DNA from: Lytechinus pictus
Taxonomy: Eukaryota
Assembly: GCF_037042905.1 (NCBI RefSeq)
Contig: NC_087252.1
Location: 10,232,001-10,296,000, forward strand
Direction of reading: 5' to 3'
Length of the DNA: 64,000 bases
Below, piece by piece: positions 51,291 through 63,689 of this stretch; the stretch's first letter is position 1; every line of letters begins with the position of its first letter. The notes under the pieces were generated by a model. The model was given only the letters and a program-made list of their open reading frames with translations, did no database searches and was not told the origin of the DNA. Position numbers and translations under genes: made by a program.

Positions 51291-51297
51291 TACTTAC

Positions 51298-51430
51298 TGT
51301 GTTTTCTCTTCATCGGTCTTGCCATCGAGACGCCCTCTGCGACACACGAAGCGCAGTATGGGCTCAGCCCCGATGAGCGTCTTCCCTTCTATTTTTAAGA
51401 GTGGAACCTGTTTAAACATCAGCTTTTCAT
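51298..51430 (-). CDS. GSTA: GST alpha-like, coding exon 3
   Basis: aatag|AT GAA...; DEKLMFKQVPLLKIEGKTLIGAEPILRFVCRRGRLDGKTDEEKT|gtaagt; 133 nt, phase 1-2; LMFxQVP motif. Confidence 0.95.
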
Positions 51431-52007
51431 CTATTTTTAAAGCAAAATATGAGTAAAAACAATTATGAGCATGAGGTAGGTAAGCATGTTTCTGGACTAA
51501 AGATAAAGACATCGACTATTATTATAGTTCAAATATGTAATGCTATTAAAGTCACACCGGTCCCAAACGTTATTATCAGACAACTTGTGGGGGGGGGGAT
51601 TTTATGGGGTTTTTTTTTTTTAGTATTGAGACAGTTTTGTTGTTGAAACTGTAAGATTACTAAAGAATTTTGCAAAGAGAGATGCGACTTTCCGTTAAAA
51701 AAATATTTATGAACATGATAGATACTTAATTGCTTTCAGAAAAAACCTTCATCAAAAGGTCATTATATCGAGATATTATCTAGAATTGAGTTGTTAATTA
51801 ACTTAATCATATTTCATTCGATGCATTTTTATTTCTTTCTTTCTTTCTTCCTTTCTTTCTTTCGTACCTCTTTTTTTCTTTTCTTCTTCTGCTTTTCTCC
51901 TTCTTCTTCTTCTTTACCTCCTTCTTCCTTTCCTTCATGTGCTCTTCTTCTTATTGTTCTTATTACTCCTGATATCTCTCATTATCATTTTAAAGTACTT
52001 TAAGTAC

Positions 52008-52059
52008 CTTTAATCAGCTGCAAAAAGCCATCCCTAGTCTCCAGATAGTTGTCCGTATA
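52008..52059 (-). CDS. GSTA: GST alpha-like, coding exon 2
   Basis: ctcttttttag|YTDNYLETRDGFLQLIK+G|gtactt; 52 nt, phase 0-1, bridges exons 1 and 3 exactly. Confidence 0.9.
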
Positions 52060-54679
52060 CTAAAAAAGAGCATGATGAAAATTCAGATTCAGATTTTATG
52101 TTCAACAGAAATGACATAAATAAAGATTTAAATCATTTTCATACATTTATAACAAATGTTTTCGATACAAATCATTGTTATTATAATCAACAGCATCAAT
52201 AATAGTCAAACATATAAAATATATACAAAATAGGGTATATTTTGTATAAGCAAATTGTATTATATGACTTCAATAGAAACAAAGGCATCTGCAGAAGTGG
52301 GAGATTCACACCAAAAATTAAAATAAAGAATCCGACTATATATTATATAATCATTGTTTACCTAGGAAGATCATTTGTTGTTCATTAACTTAATACAATG
52401 CTTTACTACTTTTTGAGCAATTTTTGCTATACGGCTAACACCTTGTTCTCAGAAAGACTTACCTGAATAATGTATTTTAGACAAAATAATGAGATGAGGA
52501 TAAAACAAAGAAACTGATGGTATTCCTTAAAAGAATTGTGTTGTTCTAAAACTCCCGCCCCCCCCAAAAAAAAAATAATAATAGCATCTCCTTATTTCGA
52601 AAATCTAGATAGCTTTTGGATAGCTTTTAGATAGATTTTGGCCTATCATTCATCATGTTCATGAAGAAAATGTAATTTACAAGTTCCACTTTCCTTTCCC
52701 TTTCTTTGTCTTTCTCGTTCTTTTTCCCCGTTTTTTCTGGAACATTTTATTTGTCGTGAAATATAAACCGAGTACGAAGCGTAATGGAAAAAAAAGATAT
52801 CATACCTAAAAAAGCGGAACACTATTCATGTTTTATTAATCCTGAATATGAAAGGGTAATTGGGTATCTTCTTATATCAATAATGCGAGCGGGAAGGGCA
52901 AGCAGAAAATTATTTATATCCTGATCTGCAACTGGATAATTCAAAGGGATACTCCAAATTCACAGAGAAAAATGCTAAACATTACATCAAAATCGGATAA
53001 CAAATAAGTTAGTGAAATGATTATCTAAAATGTAGCAATATTTGGAGAAAAACAGTTACATGCACGTCATCATAAATATTCATTAGGTGGGCTAATGATG
53101 TCACGTCCCCACTTTTCCTTTTCTTATGTTATTACAAGAAATCATAATTGCTTCATTTGTTCATACATATGTAAATATTTGATGTGTCTCCATTATAATT
53201 ATTATTATGTAGTTCTTGGTAGAAATATTTCAAATAAACCTGACTTCATATAACAGAATACAAAAGAACAAGTGGGGATATGACATCATCATTTTGTTCA
53301 TTGAATATTCATGAAGACATGCCTAGAACTGTTTCACCGGAATAGGGCACTTGTTCACTGCAACCATCCTGCCTGTGGGGAATCTACAGGTAGGACTATG
53401 GTATGCCAATGCTGTACATAGCACACACTTTAAAAAATCATTAAAATATCACTTTTGTGACCAAAGTTACTAATTTCCATTCAGTTGCAATGTATTTTTC
53501 ATTAGAAACTTGGGAATAATTTTTGTATTCACCAGAGCGCTCAAAAACTTGAATTTTGGGCATTTTTTTTGTGTACGCCCTATATTGGTGGAATGTAATA
53601 TGGCAAGAAATTTTTCATTATTAAATCTCTATAAAAATAATTTAAAGAATCAAATTTTCATAAGAGCCAAGTTATATGATGAATAGCTGTATTGGAAACT
53701 GACAGTGTAAGAAAATCAAGGCATTTTTCCCATAGAAAAAGAGAAAATAAGCCAAAATTGCCACCCTCATTATGCCAAACAAGGAGATGTAACTGGGAAC
53801 AAGGTTATATCATAACCTTGTTCATTGAATGAGTGGAATAGGGCAAATATTTAAAATTCAATAACTTTGTTATTTGTTATCCGATTTTGATCAAATTTTC
53901 AGCGTTTTGCTCTGTGAATTGTACTCTATTTATTGAGATATGAATACCTTCAAAATGGAGCATTCCGTTAAGCACATTTTAGCATGCGTTTGCATATTTG
54001 AGAGTTATCTGGGAAATCTGGGCATTCTGAATACATCAATCAATAATGCCAGCGCGAAACGAGAGCTGAAATTATTTGATATTCCGATCTGTAAAGGGTC
54101 AATTCACGCACTATTTTAAAAAAAATTAAGTGGATGTGGATCGTACTTGATAAATGATGCGAGCGCGAAGCGCGAGCTGATATTTTTATTATTATTATTT
54201 TGACCTAAGACTGGGACATTCTAAGGATATTTTGTCGTCATATGAAAAGGATGACTCTTCCTATTCCTCTTTCTGAACGCGAGATGAAACTTGCCGACAT
54301 CCCATTCTGAAAATGGGACAATTTAGTTATTAGGAATTCATAAAAATGTTGTTGTATTATTCATTAATCTAAGAAGCCTAATGAGAGCTTGAAATTTGTT
54401 GTAATTTATTGATGCGAGCGCAAATAGCGAGCCGAAATTATTGACAAACTGTCATAAAAAGGAGATTTGCTGTTAAAATCACAGGATTAAATATTAATTA
54501 TGGCCCCCGTTTAAGGATTTATTTATTAATCTTATCCAATATGATAAACAAATTATTGTCAGATTGTGTTTACAACTGGCAAAGTTATATTATCATGTTA
54601 AGTTACATGTTCTATTGAAAATTAACACTTTTGGTGTACATAAGCAAGTGTGTCTATGTCTACACTGCATCTTACTGCT

Positions 54680-56052
54680 CTATCATATGTAACCATGCAG
54701 TGTTAATTAAAGGGCGCTCCAAGTTTGTTTCACTTAATGATAATTTCTCTGAATACAAGCCTGTCCTTTGTGGAGTTCCGCAGGGCAGTATTCTCGGCCC
54801 TCTTTTTTATTATTATATATAAATGAAATTGAAAAGTCGTCTAGGTTACTTGAATTCATTCTTTTTGCTGATGACTCAAATGTATTTTTCTCACAGCATG
54901 ATCCAAAACAACTGACGCAAATTTTAAATAAAGAACTTAAAAACATTGCAAATTGGATAAAAGCAAACAAATTATCACTTAACCTTGATAAAACTAGTTA
55001 AATGCTGTTTAGTAATAAATTTAAAGCTTTACCAAATGATGTGATTTTTATTGTATTGTCATCCAACGGGTCCGATCAACTCGATTCCTTGGACTAATCA
55101 TAGCTGACAAGCGTTCTTGGAAAACACACGTTGACAATGTTTGCAGATCATTACTCGAAATACTGGCATCCTTGGTAAATTGAAATAATTCCTACCACAC
55201 ACTATCATGTTACCCTTGTATTCTACATTAATCCTCCCTTAATTGAATTACAGACTTATCGCATGCAACAAATGCTATATACAAATTGGCAAACCGACAG
55301 GCTATTTATATTGCAAATAAAAGAGCTATTCGTGCGATAAATAATGCAGATTTTCGGGCACATACAAGTAATCTATTCTTCAAAAATATAATTCTGAAAT
55401 TTAAAGAATTGTACATTTTTCAACTTGGACAATTTATGTTCCAGCTTAACCCTAAACAAGTGCCTTTGGCTCTCATTGGTATTTTTTAAATAGTTCGATT
55501 CATAGTCACTTCACTCTCCAAGCAAACTTTTCATTTACCACTAAACAGAACATCATTTACTTTTTTTTGGGGGGGGGGGGGGGGGTCCTAAACTATGGAA
55601 TTATTTTACAAATGATATAAAACAATGATTACTAGACAATTTAATTCATTAATTGAAAATTAAGCCTTCAGTGCTAAATATGATGCTTTTAATGACTAGT
55701 AACACTATGTATGATTTTTTTTCAATATCACGCATATATTTGTATTATAATGTACATAATACATAACTGTAAATATTGTTTTTTTTTCTATAAAACAACA
55801 ATCCAGTTAGTATAAACACGTAATTACAATATCAGGGGGCCTATATTATACAAGCTCTGATTTTCAGTTGGACCCCTTCCCTTTCAATTATCGACATTTC
55901 AATTTGATAATTGTTTATTGTAATGTTACAATGTTATTAATTTTTGTATATTCTTCAAATGTGATCATATGTTACTATGTCAATTGTATGATAATTTTAA
56001 ATATGAAAATCAAAATTGAAAAATAAAACAATCGAATTGAATTAAATTGAAA
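54680..56052 (+). mobile_element. 5'-truncated decayed CR1/Crack-type LINE in GST intron 1 (antisense to the gene)
   Basis: CGVPQGSILGPLF, LLYINE..., ILFADDSNVF, NWIKANKLSLNLDKT; ends AATAAA followed by an (AATTG)n-like tail. Confidence 0.88.
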
Positions 56053-56070
56053 AATATTTATTTGTGTGTG

Positions 56071-56101
<31 letters not shown>

Positions 56102-56104
<3 letters not shown>

Positions 56105-56201
56105 ATGAGATGAGGCGAGGCCAACTCAACAGATGACGCAGGACACCATAATAATGGTGTCCTGCGTCATCTGTTGAGTTGGCCTCGCCTCATCTCATTA
56201 T
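56102..56201. repeat. Perfect 48-bp inverted repeat with 4-nt loop, between (TA)n tracts
   Basis: 56102-56149 is the exact reverse complement of 56154-56201; loop AATA. Confidence 0.97.
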
Positions 56202-56251
56202 GTTTAATATTCACAACTCAACAGCGATTGGTAGAAGTAAACTTATCATCA

Positions 56252-56294
<43 letters not shown>

Positions 56295-57299
56295 ATTGTT
56301 CTCTTCAACCATTTCTTTACAATATTTAAATAAAAGAGTTGCCAAAGCTGTTGTACATGTATAACTTTACACATATATATATATATTTATATATATATAT
56401 ATATATATATAATTTCAAGCGTGTTTCATGAAAAGCTTTTAGGCATCTGCTTTTCATCGGTATTGCATAAGCCGGGTGTAGGCCGATGTGTATACTCGTT
56501 CAATAAAGGTACTTTCTTTGGGGGATTTGGGGGAGATTGTTATTCTCTTTGTTTTTACAAGCAAATTCTTTCAATAAGCGAATTCGTCAAATTTAAGTCG
56601 TTGTAATTAATGAATTAAAATTTGAATGATCTTGCTAGTTGGTTCAGATTTGCGCGCTAGGCCTTTTGCAGTTAACCACTGAGCGAGTATAATGCATTTG
56701 GGATATGTAGATGATGTTTAGTATTTGACTAAGCCTTATGTTGACGATGCTTACTCTATTCAACAAAATAACGAAATTTAGATTGATAGGTTTTCTGACG
56801 AGTTCTGAAAGAATGCTCATAGTTCTGTGTTTAATGAATCATATCGCGTCATGGAATTCAAGCGAGATGTGCGAAAAAAGAATCTAATTGATTACAAAAA
56901 TTATATTCTATAGGATTTAGTCATTCTCATGTTATACTCAATTAAAGTGCCAGTAACATTTTTTTTATGGGACACGCTGTAGTATACAATGCTTTGTGTG
57001 TTTGTCCTCTTTGAACATCGGCGGTGTGGTTTTAACATTACTGGGTTTTTTTAAGAGCACACCAACAAATAATTCCTCATGTTGCCGTATGCTCATTATT
57101 GACAACACTCCAAATCTGAAGAAAAGAAAGTGGTTGTAAACAAAGTCCTAGATCATTGTGAAAACCAATTAAGTTAAACCCACTTATTATAAATATTAAC
57201 AGTACAATGCACCCAAAATTCAAAAGTTCATAGCGAAAAAAATGATATAACCATTGCGATTAAGTAATTGCCGTAGATATGGTAGAGCAAAGTATAGAT

Positions 57300-58051
57300 C
57301 AGCGCTTCTCAAACGGTGGGCCGCAGCCCACGGGCCGCGAAGCTCTCCCAGGTGGGCCGCGAGAAGCTCCAGAGGAAGAAAAATATGGGGGGAAAAGTAC
57401 AGTATGTTTCACAGATCTGGACCTGTCCGACTGCCCGAATATGTAATGTTTGATCGGTCTACGTGGGTCAAACAAAGCTAAAGCATGATTTATGCATGTT
57501 GCAATATGCATACAATTTGATCTAACTTTGATGTGATGTTTCGATCTAACTTTGATGTGAACCTCATCATGTATGCATATTGTGTAGAATTTAGTTAATT
57601 TGTCGCCCTTTTACCGGACCTTTGCGAGCGCAGTTAGTTTTTGAACTGTTTGTTTCGAACGTGCTTCAGGACTTTGCGTTCAAATTTCACGAAAACATAC
57701 TTTCATCAAAATGTTCATGTACCTTTTTTAGCGATTTAAAAAGGGCGAGAATTCATTATGACTGGCAGTGATGCAAAACCATAAGCAATGTGTGTCGAAT
57801 GTTGAAGGTATTCAGCATTCTTGTTATTAAGATGTTATGTCATGTATGTTGTCATGGTTGTATGTTTGGAGGAGGGGCTCAAAGGCCGGGCTACTGAAAG
57901 TTATACGCACTAATATGCTCATTATTATAATCATTGTCTAACTTTGAGTCGAGACAAGTCATATCGCTTTCTTAAAATTTGGATAGGTGGGCCTCGAAAA
58001 TAATTTGAGAGTCAAAGTGGTCCTCGAGTAAAAAAAGGTTGATAAGCGCTG
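57300..58051. mobile_element. Non-autonomous hAT (Charlie-like) element
   Basis: GTATAGAT|CAGCGCTTCTCAA ... TTGATAAGCGCTG|GTATAGAT, 8-bp TSD resembling nTCTAGAn. Confidence 0.9.
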
Positions 58052-59497
58052 GTATAGATGATATTCCAACAAGTCAAGTTCAAGAAGCAATTCGACAGTG
58101 TGCTTGTGACAAGAGATTGGCCAATCTCTTGTCACAGGCACACTGGTCTCATTATAGAGCAATACCGAATAATGAAATACTGTCATTATCCATGGTATTT
58201 TGGTAAAAAGTTATTTTTTCCAAAAAATATTTGAAATTGTCGTCATTGTTGCACATTTCAACGGTCATCTGCAATGAAAACGTATATTCACTAACACTTT
58301 AGGTAATATATTTTATTTAATGGTTAAATTTGTTTCTGCAATGATTCACCAGAAACCTATTTCGGACTCAACTATTTCGCAACCGTCTGTAAAAATGTGA
58401 AAATGATTATATTCCACTATGTTTGCTTATACTTATTTGAACTTTTCTCTTGCAGTGGGTTGAATATTTTACTTACACGACTAGGCCAAAATTTATTTGG
58501 TGTAATAGCTAGGTTCTGTCAACCTTTGGAACAATATCCCTTTTCAGGCTTAGTTGTCAAAACTCATAGCTCTGCATGCTTGTATTTTATGTATTTCTTT
58601 TATTTTATTCTAAAAAAAACTCCTTAAAAATCCCCTTTTCATATGAGCTAATAAAAAAAAATTCGGCTCGCGCTTCGCACGCGCATTAATGATAAAAATA
58701 TTCATTAGCACGCGCGTCCTGTTCATGCTGTTCACGATTACAAAAGGTGATTAAAATGTTCCGTTTCCAGGCCTGAACGTCTCTCGTAGCATTCTCGACT
58801 TTATTACAGAATTCAATAAGCAGCAGTGCCGACTTTCAAAAACAATTAAGATTATATGTTTTATTCGCGAAGGGAGGAAATAACCATTCATTTGATAATA
58901 AAATACTGAGTGTGTTGATGGATTTTGACCTTGGCAAAGATACTTGTGACTCATGCCATATTATCTGTGACATCAAATAGCAATCTGAAATGTTTCATTT
59001 AATCTGATAAAACATTTTCAAAAGATAGGCTACATATCAATTCGTTTCAAATACAAGCTAATTGGTCTTAATGATCTTTGACCTCGACCCAGTAATTTGA
59101 ACTCATGCTCATCTACTTTCTGATATCTGTTAATCATGTAATTCAAGTTTAATATAACAAAGAATTAGAACTCCAACATTATCCAGAACATTCTAAATCT
59201 TACATGTTGATTGTTGATTAAGGTTGCTATCTGTTTATTGATCTCCAAATCAAATAATGCGAGCGCACGTACAGCACAAGCTAAAAATGTTGATATTCAC
59301 ACCATAAACGGACATTTTACAGAGCAATTTAAGAAAATCAATTTTTAAATCAAACAAAATAATATATGTTCAAAGCTCGATGTCTGAGCTAAAAAATTTT
59401 GATATTAAATGATATTTTAAGCTCCATTCCAATGTATCTCATCGAACAGGCAGTACGAGCGCGAGCGAAAATTTTATAAAGAGAGATTTTTGTTCAT

Positions 59498-59816
59498 GTC
59501 TTCCCCTGGGGGGCGTTTCATGAAAGGACTTGTCAGACGTTTTATCCGACAAGTCCCATTTTATCCGACAGTTGCCATAGTAATAGTGCTTCTTAGCCAA
59601 TCAACATCAAGGAAAGATGTCAGATCTGACAACTTGTCGGACAAAAATGTTGATGAAACACTCCCCAGATCTTATTTTATTCAATTGTCTTCCACATCTT
59701 TGGCCCGATTTCACAAAGGTGGTTTTTGCAGAAACCAGGGTTTAAGCCATGGTTTCTGCTGATTTTGCGATTCACAAAGGTTGTTTTAAATGAAACCACC
59801 TTTGAGAATTCGGGCC
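59498..59816. mobile_element. Two adjacent small MITEs (~59498-59667 and ~59702-59816)
   Basis: gcgtttcat...atgaaacac and ggcccgatttcacaaaggtggttt...aaaccacctttgagaattcgggcc inverted ends. Confidence 0.75.
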
Positions 59817-60280
59817 TTTATTTTTTCCTTTACTTTTTTCTCCTCTCTTTACCCTTCTTTTTATTGTTTTTCTTTCTCCCCCCCCCCCTTTTAATGTTTA
59901 ATTCTCCGCAACCCCTCCCCCCCCCCCCCTGGATCCAGTTATGAGCTGCCTATAATGGGATTACTCTACCGGATCATTATCCACGTGCGTGCAGGTGTAT
60001 TTTTCATTCATGCGACACTGAGCATGCTGAGTGACGGGACCTACATAAACTGAATTCTTGTTTATAAACGCATTCTCTTTGTGTTTATAAAGAAGCTATT
60101 AGAGATCATTAAACACGAGCAATTTGTACACACACTCAGGAATATACAGGCGCGTGCACATCATGTTGTTTTACATCGAACAGCAATAAAAACGGGAAGG
60201 AACTTTGCATATCGATATATAAATATTGACAAAAAAATGTTCAGTTTACTTTCGTTGAACAAAGGTCGGACATCACTCAC

Positions 60281-60370
60281 CTCTATGCCAGCAGCAACCA
60301 GTGCGAGTCTTATTGGCTCAGCAAAACCCCTCCCAGCAAAGTAAGTCAGACGTGGTGTTTCATCCGCCAT
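60281..60370 (-). CDS. GSTA: Glutathione S-transferase alpha-like, coding exon 1; spliced CDS 90+52+133+157+138+126 = 696 nt, 231 aa
   Basis: MADETPRLTYFAGRGFAEPIRLALVAAGIE|gtgagt aligns with the GSTA N-terminus (PKLHYFNARGRMESxRWLLAAAGVE); all six exons join in frame. Confidence 0.95.
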
Positions 60371-60719
60371 TTTCCCCCGGTTTTCCGCGGTACTGTCCCA
60401 GGGCCAGGGCCTTGTTCAGATTGAAGTTCAAAGCTAATGCTCAGAATATCCAGACATGCACGTGTGGTTCCAATACAAACCTACGCTTTGCAGCGTGCAG
60501 CTTTTTAGTCGTTCGCAGATGGCACGTGATGTTGACACTTTGCTAAGAGTTCAAGTGGTTTGAGGATGGAGTCGAAAATCCGAGTTGAACTTGCACACAG
60601 ATCAAGAGGTCGTCCTGAAATTAAAAGTTGTATTTGTCCTTAATTGTCTCGTCTCGTGACCTACTTGTTGAATGAGGTTACATTCAGGGTCTGTGACTGC
60701 AGTGTCCAGACTGACCGAC

Positions 60720-61960
60720 ACTAGCCACCTTTCGCAATCCTCACGAACGCTAATATTAGGATCCCCTAACACAAAAGTTAACGCTTAATCATACACTTGA
60801 TTTTTTAGATTGATTGTACATTATAGTCAATAGAATCAAACGTAGAAAACTGCTCTACAATCAATGCTATGCTTTGTGTTACAGGGGGTTACAGGCCTTA
60901 CAGATCTGCTTTTCGTGTGCAAAATTATTTCCCGCGACACCCGCACCATACATACATGCATGTACATTACGGCTGATGGCTGGAGATATTCGAAATGCAG
61001 GACCTACAATAGATCATGACATGGATAAGAAAATGGTTTTTCAAACAAATCGAGTACATATTGAGTGAGGAAAAGTTACTGAATTAAGGCTTATAATATA
61101 GATATAATCATTACAGTCCATCGAATTGATATTGCATTTAATGTGGATTATTGGTGGAATTCTGGCAATTGATTCCATGGGTCAAATCACCTCTCCAGCC
61201 GAAACCATTTCGCATGCGTTGATTATTATGTACACATTATGTATACGTCTGAACACGTACCAGCCGAATTTGCGGGTTTTTTTCTTTTGTTTACTCCTAC
61301 ACAAACGATATGCCTCTAGCACACAATGTAATGGGCATTATGTTTGACTTTCCCCAGAAATGGGGGATTAGATTCGAATTCCCGGGGGGACCACTTCCAT
61401 TGATGAGTGGATACCAGGTACGACCATGCGGTTTCGAAAAGCACCCTAAAAAAGGGAAACAAGGCTTTTCCAGATCATGAAAATGCATCTCTCAACAAGT
61501 ATTTAGCTTGTGAAACCCTACAAGTATTGAAAACGTATCCTCCTTTTCAGTATTTTAAACATCGTGTTTGAAACCCTTATAACGTTACATAGGCCTATAC
61601 GTAACGTACTTGCACACTCCTTTTTCCCTTTTTACGCGTGGTCGCGCCTGGTATCCACTCTTCAATGGAAGTGCCCCCCCCCCCCCCCCCCCCGGGCGGC
61701 CTGTCGAGCTCTGGGAGGAACCAAATTTGGCTTTGAAAAGTCGTCCTAAATCGGATATATCGCAGTTACCATAGTAGCAACCAGAATTTTGCACACGAAA
61801 CGCAGATTGAATGTTTCCATTCCAGATGCGAAACGAAAAAAATCTCATGTCACACGAATTGCATTGCAGGACAGAGTTTTACGACCATGACGACGGGCCC
61901 AAAAGTCTCTTCCAAAATCAATTACCGTCGCAAATAAGCGTTCGCGTTCTCCAACGAAAG
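60720..61960. repeat. Inverted duplication, copy 2 (0.35-1.6 kb upstream of the GST ATG)
   Basis: Reverse complement of 49680-50900, including the same two nested MITEs (~60760-60887 and 61381-61696). Confidence 0.92.
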
Positions 61961-63689
61961 GTCGAGACTTTCTAGTTTGGGCGGTTGAAGACTGGGACGG
62001 TCAGGGGCAGAATTCTGGCTGCGGGGGTTGGGGATGGTGGGGCCGGCACCATGGTCTGGACACTTTTAAGTATTCTATATATGGCAGTGACGTATGACGT
62101 ATTTTTTTCCTACCCCCTCCCCTCCCTTTGCTTTTAATTACTTGTAAGATTTCTGGTTTCAATTTTGACATTCTTCCCTTTTCCTTGGAGTCTTTTCTTT
62201 TGGGGGTGCGCACTTTTTTGTCCTCCCCACCATCCTTGGTGATTTATTTATAATTTGCTCTTATCAGTATGATGTTAATCTTGACTTCTTTCTTTTTGCA
62301 TTGAGTTGTACATGTAACTATTTTTAGAAAAATTAGCGATTCTTTAATATGTCCTAATTTTCTACATCCGATTTTGATGAAATTATCAGCGTTCTGCTTG
62401 TTAGACTTTCTCTTTTGAGTCGAATCAACTTTTTTTCTGGGGTGGACTTCAGGAGCTGCGGAATGATTTTGAAAGTGTGGGGCTGAGCAGAAAGTGGGGG
62501 GCTGCTCATTGTCAACTTTATTCATTTTTACGTTTTTGTACACCTTTTTGAAAGAAAATTTCCTCTGCCGATGGACTGACCTTTAATGAATTGTATCGTG
62601 GTTCGTCAACTCATGAAATACCATCATGACTTGTATCAGAAACAATGAAAAATTTAGATGACCAATGGTGAGTATTACCATATTTTAGTGATAAATAATT
62701 AAAAGGTCGCACGGGCTTAATCACAACTGGCAGGCCATAGATATTCATTCGAGCCAACCCATTGCTCAATTTTTAAATTTGATATTGCTGATTGACAAAA
62801 ATGAATGAATATGACTGACAATCTAACACTGATTCTAGGGAGGGTACCTACTGAACTTACTTTTTCCAAATTGGAAAGATATATCACCACTATGGAACTA
62901 TATTTTTACTGGCGGAAGAATTAGGGTCATTTTACTCTCTCAAGTGATGAATTTGGTCCCGGCAGGTGTAGTCTTCATAAATGCGGATTTATTTTTAAAA
63001 TGAGCCGGTCGAGGTACCCTTTTCTGGTCAGATATGGAATGTCAGACATTTATCCTATCCACTGGTAGTAAACATTCAACCCTCGAATTTCCTCCTTACT
63101 TTTTATGAATTCTTTTTAAGTGCCACTTTAACACACGAGTCTATGGGAAATGAATTAGGCCTATGAGCCATATAGCAAGACTATAGGCCTATTACAAGGG
63201 GAATTCCCTAGTGGATGAAACACCAGCCCAAACTCTTCAGTAGCAAATTATTCCAATAGTATGCATGTTTTAGCCATCAAGAGGTCCAAAAACTGAACTT
63301 AATGGTTAAGTGCAAGACTACAGAGGGGGTATATCAGGTAACAAATTGTGATTAGTAGATCATCTGTGTTTGTATACCGAGGCTAGGCTGTTTTGTAGGC
63401 TAACGTTAGTCTCTGCGTTGCATGTTTTCGTGTGTTCTTGTATACCAACGAGCACTGCTGTATTCGTGTATAGCACCCATTACAGGATACTAAACATTAG
63501 ATAGGCTTTGATCAATTGCAATTGTGAAATTGGTTCATGGTAAAGGGATGGAGAACAGAGAACTTTAGAATTTGACTGAATAGTGGTGGATTCAAGAGGG
63601 AAGGGGGGGATAGAGAAAAGCATGGTAAGTATGTCTGGGGGGGGTGGCTGAGAATGAGTGCTACTGCTATCTTGTTCTAACTTTTACTT

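Noticed and set aside
56415..56465. Possible hammerhead ribozyme on the minus strand (CCGATGA...GAAAC)
   Set aside because: Core deviates from CUGAnGA and I could not build consistent stems I and III by eye.
59980..60545. E-boxes (CACGTG) and an XRE-like TGCGTG near the GST start
   Set aside because: Short motifs expected by chance; no canonical TGACnnnGC antioxidant element found next to the start.
62640..62675. Candidate exon ending ATG|gtgagt on the plus strand
   Set aside because: Isolated donor with no supporting downstream exon in the window.
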